A DNA stretch of 39,861 nucleotides from an uncultured Candidatus Saccharibacteria bacterium. Its GTDB lineage: Bacteria; Patescibacteriota; Minisyncoccia; Minisyncoccales; RBG-13-42-11. Location: assembly GCA_964515885.1 (NCBI GenBank), contig CAZEZZ010000001.1:1-39861 (forward strand), written 5' to 3'. Every line of letters starts with the position of its first letter. Position 1 is the first letter of the stretch. Positions 7,431 through 15,982 of the stretch are shown here, piece by piece. Made by a program: the position numbers and the translations under genes. The notes under the pieces are model-generated. The model saw only the letters and a list, made by a program, of their open reading frames with translations. It ran no database searches and was not told where the DNA came from.

Positions 7431-7663
7431 TTTTTACAGTCCTCCTTCATCTCATGTCTAAGTGAGTCTCGCTTTTCAGTACAGTCTCTCCTGCACATAT
7501 TGAACTCACGCCATAGTTCATTAACCCTTCCCTCCGTCCTCTCGTTCTCTCGTTGCGTGTGCCTATTACTGCGACCTGCAAAATAGACAAACATAGCCAC
7601 AACACCGCTAAGGATTGGAGAAAGTAACTGAACCACGACCCATACACTAACTTGGTTTTCCAT
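7427..7663 (-). CDS. membrane-anchored coiled-coil protein (inner-membrane spanin or holin/antiholin candidate)
   Basis: N-terminal TM (VWVVVQLLSPILSGVVAMFVYFAG) followed by a charged R/E-rich segment. 78 aa, in the lysis cluster. Confidence 0.45.
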   Translation of the reverse strand: MENQVSVWVVVQLLSPILSGVVAMFVYFAGRSNRHTQRENERTEGRVNELWREFNMCRRDCTEKRDSLRHEMKEDCKK

Positions 7664-7676
7664 CTCATCACCGACC

Positions 7677-7937
7677 TCACTTAGTTGAGTTTATATTTAT
7701 TCTGTTATGGAGTTTTCTAATCTTTTCTTCCATCTCAGATAACTCTTCTTTGACTTTATTATCTAGGTTTTCCTGTTGCAACCTTAATTCGTTAAATGGT
7801 GAACTTGGTTTAATCCTATCAATTACAATAAGAAACGCTAAGAATACAATAACTAGACATAAAGGTATTACATACAGAGGTGCAAAATACATCGCACCAC
7901 CAAAGGCAAAAATAAGCCCTATAATTATCTTGTTCAT
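7677..7937 (-). CDS. two-TM membrane protein with C-terminal coiled coil (holin-like)
   Basis: IIIGLIFAFGGAMYFAPLYVIPLCLVIVFLAFLIVI followed by a charged helical tail. GGGAGGGG SD and ATGA overlap with the upstream gene. Confidence 0.5.
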   Translation of the reverse strand: MNKIIIGLIFAFGGAMYFAPLYVIPLCLVIVFLAFLIVIDRIKPSSPFNELRLQQENLDNKVKEELSEMEEKIRKLHNRININSTK

Positions 7938-8206
7938 TTAGCCCCTCCCATCTTGCCATGCTTGTTCTCATGCGCATTTCTGGCAGACTTATAACTGTCG
8001 TATTCTAACCCTCTGCGTATTTTCGTATGTCCTGCGTACCCATCTTTAGACCAGCCCTCTCCACGAAGCATAAATGCCGCACCGCCAATTTTCTTGTACA
8101 TAAGTTTCTTGCATCTTTCGCATTTAATCTCAGGCTTGTCATCCATTGAATGAGTTTCTTCTTGTAGATTCCCACACTCAGGACACCTGTACTCATAAAG
8201 AACCAT
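7934..8206 (-). CDS. FmdB-family zinc-ribbon protein
   Basis: YEYRCPECGN...IKCERCKK is the characteristic CxxC-x(n)-CxxC N-terminus of FmdB-type putative regulatory zinc ribbons. TAATG coupling. Confidence 0.7.
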   Translation of the reverse strand: MVLYEYRCPECGNLQEETHSMDDKPEIKCERCKKLMYKKIGGAAFMLRGEGWSKDGYAGHTKIRRGLEYDSYKSARNAHENKHGKMGGAK

Positions 8207-11200
8207 TACTTACCCCCTAATACTTTGTCTAATAGATGATATGTTGCAGATGTTTTAAGAGCCTTTTCTCCTGCTTTAAGAAATTTTCCCTCAACTAAAG
8301 GCTCTAATACCTGTCCTACTACTGGCGAAGCTGTTGCTTGGAATGGACCCGCTAATGCTGTAACTGGGTCGGCACCTGTAGGAGCTTTCTGCCCAGTTCC
8401 TGCTTCCCATAATGTTAAAAACAAAGTAGGATAAACAAGTCTTTTAGCAAGAGTTTTTACGTCGCCATGTCGTATATCTGACACATACCTTGACCACTGG
8501 TTTCTACCCCAAGTCGTAAATGGAACACGCCTACCAAGTTTTCCCTGCATAGCAAATGGCTTGTCAAAAAATGAATACATATAATTTATCCTGTCAGACA
8601 TTGTTTTGCCAAATTCTATCGCAGCTTCTTCAATTCCGCCAGCTTTATAAGCATTAAAAACAGCTTCTGTCTCACTAGGTTCAAGTGTTTGGAATATTTT
8701 TTTATCATTTATCCCTAACTTTTTTAGTTTCTTGTAAGCACCAAAGAACGCTCCTTTTCTGTTCAGGTTAATATCCATCCCTGTAAAGCCAAACATACCA
8801 GGCTTACCACCAAGTTTAGAGACATCGGCTACTTCTTTAGCCCATCCCTTTAATTGAGCACTTGAAACCGTGTCTGATAGTTCTGCAAAGTTCATCTTAG
8901 ATGGAGCAAGTTCTGGTTTAACCTTTTGCCATAGGATTTTCTCTGCTGCATTAGGTTTTATAGCTGTTTTCCAACCTGTTGCAACCCACTTTATTCCTAT
9001 CTCTGGAGCACCCACAAAAAGATTTTGTAACGGCTGCTTAAAGAAAAGAAGATTTTTACTTAGTCCAACGCTAGTATGATAAAACTGGTCAGTCATCTCG
9101 TTCATTACAGCTTCCCATACACTTGGTTCTAAATGGTCCTGAACCGCCATAATCTTTTGAATATTTAAAGAGCCCTTCTCTGTAAAATCAGCAGCAAAAA
9201 TCTTTCTAGCTTGGTCTTTCTGAAGCCCCGAACCCTGCAAGAACCAGTCCTCTATCATATTAGCTTCCTTTACATGACCTCTGGCTCTAAGCTGTATGAT
9301 AGCGTTATTAGCTTTTGGTAAGACTTCTTTTAAAAGTTTAGTTTTAGAAGCTGCCCTCATATAATTTTCAAGTCCTTTAATAACATCCTTCTCAACCAAA
9401 ACACCTTCTACTGCGGAAGTCCTTGATTGTTCCATTTTCATTTTTACATCAGCAGGTAACTTCTTATATGCTCTTTTAGACAACCCACCGACTTCAAGTT
9501 TAACCTTATCCCACTTAGGGAAATACTCATCTAAGAAGCCTACATCACTACCCCATTCTCTTGCCTGCTCCCAAGCCTCAGTATATAACTTCCTGGCTCT
9601 TGCTACGACAGACTTCTGCTCAGGCGTTGCCGAAATCTCACCCTTAGCTATCTGTGTGAACTTGTCAGTATTTGCACCACTAAGTCCAACTTTTTCCATA
9701 TCCTTGTTTAATTTTACTATTTCTTTTAGTTTGCCAGCATACCAGTTTTTACCTATGTTTTGTGCCCTAAACGCATCAGTGGGGATTTGCCCCGCATTTA
9801 TACCTGTCTGACGCTGACACTCATTAAATGTTTCTTTTAAATTAGTTGTGAGTTCTAAAAATGGATTAGCTTCTAATCTTGGTTCATATACACCAAGTTG
9901 TCTTTGTGCGTCAGTTATGCCTGTTTCCTTTAATCCCTCTGAAATATACTTCTTATATAGAACATTCCTATATTCCTCTGCTTTTAACTTACCAGTTATT
10001 TCCCTGTGTTTAATCTTATACGAACCAGGTTCAAGTTCGGGAGACACTTCGGCTAGTTTGGCAGCTATTACCTCGTCAGGTACAACTGTATCGCCTAGAG
10101 CTGCTTCTGCTTTTTTTACTTCAGGTAAATCCTTGGCTTCCAGTTCAGCTCGGTTTATTATCCCCTGCTGCTTATTCATGGCTTTTTTATATCTACTAAT
10201 AACACTTCTGTGTTTTTTTGTTTTCTCTAATAAGTTAAGTTTTTGGATACTGTTAGCCACTTCTAATTCTGACCCTACCCTGGTTGGCTCGCCAATTTTT
10301 ATAACAGGAGTACCTTTAGTCTTAGCTATCTCCGCAGCCTTTTCTATAATTTCACTCTCTACATATTTAAAACTCTTGTTACCACCAGCTTTACCATATT
10401 CAGACCCAGTATCATAAAACCTGTCAAGAGACTTAACTATCTCTTTAGCATCTGTAGTTTTAATCTTTTGACCAATACCATTTGATTCTGCGATAGCTTT
10501 GTACTTGTTACCTACTTCTTTAGCTGCATATCTTAAATCTGCCTCTGTTATCATTGGGTCTATATTTCTTGCATGTTCTAATACAGGCATACCACCTTTT
10601 GTTCTCTTTATACCAGCAGTTTGACTTTTTATATAATCATCAGAAAGACCACCCATGTTACGGATTGTATCATCAGCTTTGTTTATTTGAGACTTCATTT
10701 GATTTTCTAATTTAAGCTTTCGTGCCTTTGCTCTTGTAATCTTACCATGGACATGAGTTGACCTAAGCACACTCTGTGATTCATCTGTTGCTCTCTTAAA
10801 AGATGTGTCATTTAAAACTCTTAAATCCTTAGCAAGGTCATTTATTCGTTTAGCATGTTTTAATCGCTGGACTGTTTTAACAGCCCCTTTACCAACTGCT
10901 CCTACTGTAGCTCCAATAGCAGAAATAGTAGGGTCTAAGATAGCTCCTGTTAAAGCACCTGTCCCTATATCTTTTAGATATTCCCCTGTGTCAAACTCTC
11001 CTTTCTCAGCAACTTGCCTTACTGGAGATTTTGCAGCCTCGTAGGTACCAAAAGTTATAGCTCCCTTAGCTGCTTTCTTAGCTGCCCATTTGGCGAGAGT
11101 TTTCTTAAGACTCTGTTGGGCAATAACTTTAGGAGCTTCTTTAATAGCCATATTTGCAAAACTACTACCAAGCATAAACAAGGGAGCGTCTGGTAAAAAC

Positions 11201-11790
11201 TCAGATGCACCTGCAACGACATGCTCCATTATACCCTCTGGTACCACATCTTCAACATCAGCATAAGGGTCTTGTCCTGTAGTTGCTTTTATCAAGCTAG
11301 GAATTATACTTTTACTAAATCCTCTTTCTGCTATCTTACCAAGCCTTGTTTCCGCCCTCCGCACAGGTATATCTCCACTTTCTATCTTATCTACAGCTTT
11401 GCCCATAGCACTGTAACCTGTACCATAATTTAGTGGTTCATGTTTTTTTTCTGTATTAAAAAGTTGTTCTGTAGATACAGAGTCTTTTGACAAAAGTTGG
11501 TCTGTAGAGATTGTGTCTTTTTCTAGTGGTTCAGCTTTCCATGCAGCCGACATACGTTCCCCTACTTTTGATGCTATGTCAGGAGCCTTGTCAACAGCCT
11601 CTTCTGCTAAATCATACGCACCTTTACCAATTCTAGTTGCACCACGAGCTAGCCTCTTTGGCACATATAATACAGCGTCACCTGCCCTTTCTAATAAAGA
11701 CGGCTCTTTGTCAAACAGCTTGTCACTTGTTATCGTTTCGTCTGCTGTATCTAAAAGCTGTTTTGTAGAGATTACCTCTTTAACTGCCAT
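8206..11790 (-). CDS. large virion protein (internal/ejection-type protein candidate)
   Basis: 1194 aa, largely helical and K/E/A-rich. It is the last and largest of three consecutive virion genes, like the internal core proteins of podoviruses. No enzymatic motif recognised. Confidence 0.5.
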   Translation of the reverse strand: MAVKEVISTKQLLDTADETITSDKLFDKEPSLLERAGDAVLYVPKRLARGATRIGKGAYDLAEEAVDKAPDIASKVGERMSAAWKAEPLEKDTISTDQLLSKDSVSTEQLFNTEKKHEPLNYGTGYSAMGKAVDKIESGDIPVRRAETRLGKIAERGFSKSIIPSLIKATTGQDPYADVEDVVPEGIMEHVVAGASEFLPDAPLFMLGSSFANMAIKEAPKVIAQQSLKKTLAKWAAKKAAKGAITFGTYEAAKSPVRQVAEKGEFDTGEYLKDIGTGALTGAILDPTISAIGATVGAVGKGAVKTVQRLKHAKRINDLAKDLRVLNDTSFKRATDESQSVLRSTHVHGKITRAKARKLKLENQMKSQINKADDTIRNMGGLSDDYIKSQTAGIKRTKGGMPVLEHARNIDPMITEADLRYAAKEVGNKYKAIAESNGIGQKIKTTDAKEIVKSLDRFYDTGSEYGKAGGNKSFKYVESEIIEKAAEIAKTKGTPVIKIGEPTRVGSELEVANSIQKLNLLEKTKKHRSVISRYKKAMNKQQGIINRAELEAKDLPEVKKAEAALGDTVVPDEVIAAKLAEVSPELEPGSYKIKHREITGKLKAEEYRNVLYKKYISEGLKETGITDAQRQLGVYEPRLEANPFLELTTNLKETFNECQRQTGINAGQIPTDAFRAQNIGKNWYAGKLKEIVKLNKDMEKVGLSGANTDKFTQIAKGEISATPEQKSVVARARKLYTEAWEQAREWGSDVGFLDEYFPKWDKVKLEVGGLSKRAYKKLPADVKMKMEQSRTSAVEGVLVEKDVIKGLENYMRAASKTKLLKEVLPKANNAIIQLRARGHVKEANMIEDWFLQGSGLQKDQARKIFAADFTEKGSLNIQKIMAVQDHLEPSVWEAVMNEMTDQFYHTSVGLSKNLLFFKQPLQNLFVGAPEIGIKWVATGWKTAIKPNAAEKILWQKVKPELAPSKMNFAELSDTVSSAQLKGWAKEVADVSKLGGKPGMFGFTGMDINLNRKGAFFGAYKKLKKLGINDKKIFQTLEPSETEAVFNAYKAGGIEEAAIEFGKTMSDRINYMYSFFDKPFAMQGKLGRRVPFTTWGRNQWSRYVSDIRHGDVKTLAKRLVYPTLFLTLWEAGTGQKAPTGADPVTALAGPFQATASPVVGQVLEPLVEGKFLKAGEKALKTSATYHLLDKVLGGK

Positions 11791-12491
11791 TGGTCATCCC
11801 CTATATAAGTATAAGTATTACCATTTTTTTTAGTTTCTTGCCCTATTTTATATTCTGGTTTGGCAACAGGTTTAGGAGCTGCTACAGGTGTATTGACAGG
11901 GGTCTCTATTTTTTTTCGCACACTCTCAGGGTCCTCACCCATCATTTTCATTCTACCCTTCTCAACCAAACCTGCTTTAGCCCATGCTGCTTCTGCTGCT
12001 TTTATTCTATCTGCTTTTCTTCTCTCTTCACTTTTTGTTTTTTCAAGTTCTTTTTTATCACCTAAGTTAAAATTAGTAGCACCTGCTCTTTTTAAATCCT
12101 TTACCCATTCGTTATAAGGCATTGGCTCTCTACCAGCACCAGTTTCCTGTGCAGTATAGTATTCATACTCTTTTACTGTAGATGGGGATTTAGTCTGTTC
12201 ACCAAGAGCACCTATCATTTTAAATTTATCTAGTGTTCTTTTATACTCATCAGTAGAACCACCAAGTCTAGTAGCCGTTGGCTGTGTAAAGGAAGATTTA
12301 ATCTGTGAACCAATATCCCTCGGTTGAGTACCAGTTGCAATCTGAGACATTGTAGGTGAACGCATACCTGTTGCTAATATGTTACCAATAGCCTGTCCCT
12401 TAGCTAGTTTTTCTGTTTGAGCTGAAGCCCTAGCATCACTTAGTTCAGCTTTTGCTAATAACCCCTTCATCAACTGTTCATAAGAACCCAT
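11772..12491 (-). CDS. virion-module protein (internal protein candidate)
   Basis: TAGGAGGA SD. 239 aa, low-complexity and charged. Called from its position in the structural block. Confidence 0.5.
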   Translation of the reverse strand: MGSYEQLMKGLLAKAELSDARASAQTEKLAKGQAIGNILATGMRSPTMSQIATGTQPRDIGSQIKSSFTQPTATRLGGSTDEYKRTLDKFKMIGALGEQTKSPSTVKEYEYYTAQETGAGREPMPYNEWVKDLKRAGATNFNLGDKKELEKTKSEERRKADRIKAAEAAWAKAGLVEKGRMKMMGEDPESVRKKIETPVNTPVAAPKPVAKPEYKIGQETKKNGNTYTYIGDDQWQLKR

Positions 12492-12500
12492 AATATCCTC

Positions 12501-13460
12501 CTATTTATACCAGTAATTACCTTGTGTCGAACCACCATACAATGGGCCACTCGGTTGCTGTAACTGTTGAGAGTTCCATTGATTAGACGAAACTGTTGGC
12601 TGTGATACAGGTTGAGAGTATATCCCACCTGCTGCTGTGCCTAATGCTCCATATATATTTTGCCTTTGTCCAGCTTGTGCGGCAGCTCCTTGTTGTGCTC
12701 TTTTCTCGTTTGCCATCATTAAGTCTGATTTCTGTGTAGCATTAGCTCTTTCTAAATCAACATTACCCATTTGAATAGCTTGTTTAGCACCAGCTTGCTG
12801 TTGGTTGTATTGGTTCATCATGTTTATATTAGCCTGAGATTGTTCCTGTCTTAAACGGCTGTTTAATTCATTATACCTATTTATAATGTCTGTGTTCTTT
12901 TCATTTAAAGCAGTATCCTGTCCTCTTAATGAACCAGCACCTCTAAACGAAGCCTCAGTCATTAACGCCTTTAACTGTGCATCTGCTTCTGCCTGACCAG
13001 CCATTTCTTCGCTTAACCTCTGTGTTTCGTTCTGTCTAGCAGCCATTCTACCAGCTACTTCCATACCTGAGCCACCCATGCCCCTACGAGCTAAGTCTTT
13101 CATTATGGCCTGCTCAGAGCCTCTAGCAGCTTCTCCTGCTTTCCTGCTGCCTGTTATGTACTTTCGTATCATACCTTCGTCTAAGCCTTCTCTGCCTAGC
13201 TTGTCCATTCTACCAAGGTTTGATACCTGCATAGCTCTTTGTTCTGGAGAATCAGCTATTGTTTGGTATTGTCGTTCCTCGATACTTGGATACATACTTG
13301 GTGATATTCCAGGTTGGTATTCATACCCTGGTAAGTTCTCAAGGTATCCTAACGCCTTCTCTCTATCTATCGCCCCAGCGTCATCATTTCCACCACCAAT
13401 TAACGACCCACCTATTGAAGCTGCTGCTCCTACTATTGGTCCTACTGCTGCCCAAGGCAT
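12501..13460 (-). CDS. Gly/Gln-rich virion-module protein (internal protein candidate)
   Basis: 319 aa, with a G-rich N-terminus (GAAASIGGSLIGGG) and a Q/N-rich helical body. No close SD (AAGGAG is 16 nt upstream). Confidence 0.5.
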   Translation of the reverse strand: MPWAAVGPIVGAAASIGGSLIGGGNDDAGAIDREKALGYLENLPGYEYQPGISPSMYPSIEERQYQTIADSPEQRAMQVSNLGRMDKLGREGLDEGMIRKYITGSRKAGEAARGSEQAIMKDLARRGMGGSGMEVAGRMAARQNETQRLSEEMAGQAEADAQLKALMTEASFRGAGSLRGQDTALNEKNTDIINRYNELNSRLRQEQSQANINMMNQYNQQQAGAKQAIQMGNVDLERANATQKSDLMMANEKRAQQGAAAQAGQRQNIYGALGTAAGGIYSQPVSQPTVSSNQWNSQQLQQPSGPLYGGSTQGNYWYK

Positions 13461-13465
13461 AACTA

Positions 13466-14086
13466 TTATTTTTTCACTCCTTTATTATTTAGGTATTTTT
13501 TATACTCTGCTACTGTTTTATCATGTTTCCTAATGTTGCATCGGCTACAAGCTATACCTAAATTCTCGTAGTCGTTAGAACCTCCCCTAGACAGAGGGGT
13601 TTTGTGTTCTAAATGTTCACTTGTTATCTTGTTAAAAAACTTTAACTGCATGTCGATAGGTTTCTTACACAGATAGCAAGTTAATGTCCCGTATTTTTTA
13701 ATGTTATCTTCATAAACAAGTTGTATGGTTTTTATCGTTAAAAGCCCTGCTTGCTTTTTATTATATTTGTATTTTTTTCTGTGCAGTCTTTTGTTTTCTA
13801 ATCGTTCTTTAGAAGTTAAAACAGCAAGTCTGCCACTTCCACCTAAATGATTGCCTTGCCCGTAATTTTTACTAAAACCAGATTTATGTCTGGCTTCTAC
13901 TCTGCGTTTATTAACATCTTCTTTTCTTTTCTTAACCCATTCTTTATTATAACTATTATTACAACTCTTACACATAGACCTATAACCTGACCATGCTTTG
14001 CGACCTGGTCCTTCTACACAAGTTTTCTTAGAAAACATGCTAATAGGCATAGTCTTTTTACAAAGTGTGCAAGTTCTTTCTAACAA
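13466..14086 (-). CDS. HNH endonuclease (free-standing, homing-type candidate)
   Basis: EHLEHKTPLSRGGSNDYENLGIACSRCNIRKHDK is a canonical HNH motif, preceded by N-terminal CxxC...CxxC zinc ribbons. TTG start 6 nt after AAGGAGG. Confidence 0.85.
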   Translation of the reverse strand: MLERTCTLCKKTMPISMFSKKTCVEGPGRKAWSGYRSMCKSCNNSYNKEWVKKRKEDVNKRRVEARHKSGFSKNYGQGNHLGGSGRLAVLTSKERLENKRLHRKKYKYNKKQAGLLTIKTIQLVYEDNIKKYGTLTCYLCKKPIDMQLKFFNKITSEHLEHKTPLSRGGSNDYENLGIACSRCNIRKHDKTVAEYKKYLNNKGVKK

Positions 14087-14087
14087 C

Positions 14088-14528
14088 CTATACCTCCTTG
14101 TATTCTAGCTTATAGCCAGAAATATTTTTATATTTAACGTCATCAACTATTTCACAACCAAGGTGTTTAAAAAAGTTTATAGAGGTATCAAAGTCAGATG
14201 ATATAAAGCCAAACAGTTTCTTATACTTCTTAGCACTGTTAATTATAAACTCCTTACATACCTTATAGAAAGATACTGGGCACTTTGTTACTTCTTTTGA
14301 TGTAAAAAACCACATCATACCCTCGCCATATTTATTCTCAGACCCAAACACACAAACTATATTACCATTGTTTTTCATAGTAAGCACAATGTCTGACCTT
14401 GAGAAATATCCCAATAACTCTGCGTACACAGACAAACCACCAGTTTCTAAGATTTCCTTTTCAATCTCAGGCATGATATTATTGCCCATCCACTCTAAAT
14501 CAGATAATATTGTTTTTACAACTTCCAT
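14088..14528 (-). CDS. GNAT-fold-like small protein (possibly analogous to T7 gp13-type virion assembly protein)
   Basis: 146 aa. The C-terminal ...LFGFISSDFDTSINFFKHLGCEI resembles the GNAT beta-strand/helix ending F..LGF. AGAGGAG SD. The call is weak. Confidence 0.35.
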   Translation of the reverse strand: MEVVKTILSDLEWMGNNIMPEIEKEILETGGLSVYAELLGYFSRSDIVLTMKNNGNIVCVFGSENKYGEGMMWFFTSKEVTKCPVSFYKVCKEFIINSAKKYKKLFGFISSDFDTSINFFKHLGCEIVDDVKYKNISGYKLEYKEV

Positions 14529-14537
14529 GTCACTCCT

Positions 14538-15590
14538 CTAAGCTAAATGTACTGGTAATCCCATTGGTATATCGTAATCAGTCATGTTGGCTAGTGCTGA
14601 ATAATCATCCCAGCTACTAGACCCCTGTTGTATATCACTATATGATGGTGCAGTTATATCCGCTGGTAATGGCCCTGCCTCTAGTGTAGGTTTAGGATTA
14701 GCCTTTATCCAATTCTCTCTATCAAGAAAATTAACTTTGTTTAAATCTTCGTTCCATCTTATAGTTTGGTTATCTAGTCTTTCTTGTCTTAAATCGGCTA
14801 GTCTAGTTGCTTCTTGTTTTGCGAGTCCAGCTTGCTCATATTTGTTTTGATAATCTAAGTCCTGTGCCCCTAGGTATTCATTTACGCCAGCTTTCCATTT
14901 GTCACCCTCTGCACCAGCAGCAGTAGCTCCAGCTTCGTATTCATTAGCTCTTGCAGTCCTGCCCTCTTCCATAGGTGTTCTAACCTGATTTTGGAATTGC
15001 TCGTTAAGTTGACCTGGATAATTCTTAACAAAATCCTTCTGTCCTCTTAATAGCATTTCGTCCATCTTAGACATGCCTGGTGTGTATTGCGAACTAGGTC
15101 GTTCTAGCTGACCAAAGTAATTCATTATGCTTTCAGCACCTGGCTGTACGTTTTCAAAAGGATTCTGCATAGTAGGTAATTCGCCTGCTGCTACTTGAGC
15201 ACCTCTATCATCTCCAGTAAGACCCTGGAACGGCGTATATGTATTATCAAGTCCAGATTGTACCTGGTTGTAATCATTAGCAGCTAAAGCCGATTGAAAT
15301 GCTTCGGGGGTAAACGCCTGCGTTGAGGGAATCGCAGACAATTCGTTTCTAGCAGTTTCACCAGCCGTAGCTGCGGCCCCTAATTGTTGAGTACCTTTTT
15401 GTTCAATCTTGCCTTGGACTTTAGGTGTACCAGTATTTGCATTTAAAAAATCTTGTATATTAGTCCAGCCACCAGGTTCTCCCGATGTCTTGTTACTAGC
15501 AGGTGTGGCACCGCCTAGTCCCTGTCCTCCTCCAATCATTCCACCGCCACTACCGTATCCGTAAGGGTTATCTCTCATGATGTAAGCCAT
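14538..15590 (-). CDS. Gly/Gln-rich virion-module protein
   Basis: TAGGAGAA SD. 350 aa with a G-rich N-terminus (GYGSGGGMIGGGQGLGG). Composition is similar to the 12501-13460 product. Confidence 0.5.
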   Translation of the reverse strand: MAYIMRDNPYGYGSGGGMIGGGQGLGGATPASNKTSGEPGGWTNIQDFLNANTGTPKVQGKIEQKGTQQLGAAATAGETARNELSAIPSTQAFTPEAFQSALAANDYNQVQSGLDNTYTPFQGLTGDDRGAQVAAGELPTMQNPFENVQPGAESIMNYFGQLERPSSQYTPGMSKMDEMLLRGQKDFVKNYPGQLNEQFQNQVRTPMEEGRTARANEYEAGATAAGAEGDKWKAGVNEYLGAQDLDYQNKYEQAGLAKQEATRLADLRQERLDNQTIRWNEDLNKVNFLDRENWIKANPKPTLEAGPLPADITAPSYSDIQQGSSSWDDYSALANMTDYDIPMGLPVHLA

Positions 15591-15592
15591 AA

Positions 15593-15982
15593 TTATTCTC
15601 CTATTAGTTCAAACTTTACTTTACCAACAAATCCAGCACCACCAGTGAATAAAACTTTCATAGCGATATTCTCGTTATCAACCGTGTACCAATGATAAGA
15701 TATTATCATATAATCATCATCGCTGGTATCTGGTGGTTTCATAATATTAAGCCCACTGAGCTTTGTTAAATTATGTTTAATATCAAGCAGGTATGTGTCG
15801 TGTGTAAATTCAAACTCCCTGACAGTAGATAAGAAATTATCAGACCTAGACAACTTACCACGCATAGCAGTTATCATAGAGTCTAACGCTTCATTCAGCG
15901 GTGTAAGAAGTATCTCAATCCATCCCTGAACTTCTTTAGGATACTCTTCCTTACCCAATCTTTTAATACCTTTAATCTTCAA
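15593..15982 (-). CDS. hypothetical virion-module protein
   Basis: The preferred start is TTG 15982, in a TTGA overlap with the 994-aa gene stop and preceded by GAGAGG. The track start ATG 16039 would overlap that gene by 61 nt. Confidence 0.5.
   Translation of the reverse strand: MKIKGIKRLGKEEYPKEVQGWIEILLTPLNEALDSMITAMRGKLSRSDNFLSTVREFEFTHDTYLLDIKHNLTKLSGLNIMKPPDTSDDDYMIISYHWYTVDNENIAMKVLFTGGAGFVGKVKFELIGE

Noticed and set aside
7447-7680. 77-aa ORF overlapping 7427-7663 in another frame
   Set aside because: The competing frame encodes a sensible TM-plus-coiled-coil protein that is ATGA-coupled to the next gene. This frame has no SD and starts inside the upstream gene.
9848-10417. 189-aa plus-strand ORF, along with other long antisense ORFs at 8870, 10805, 11513, 13078, 16856, 22509, 25115 and 29257
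   Set aside because: All lie antisense within long, well-supported minus-strand genes. They lack SD sequences and have low-complexity S/L/F-rich translations typical of antisense frames.
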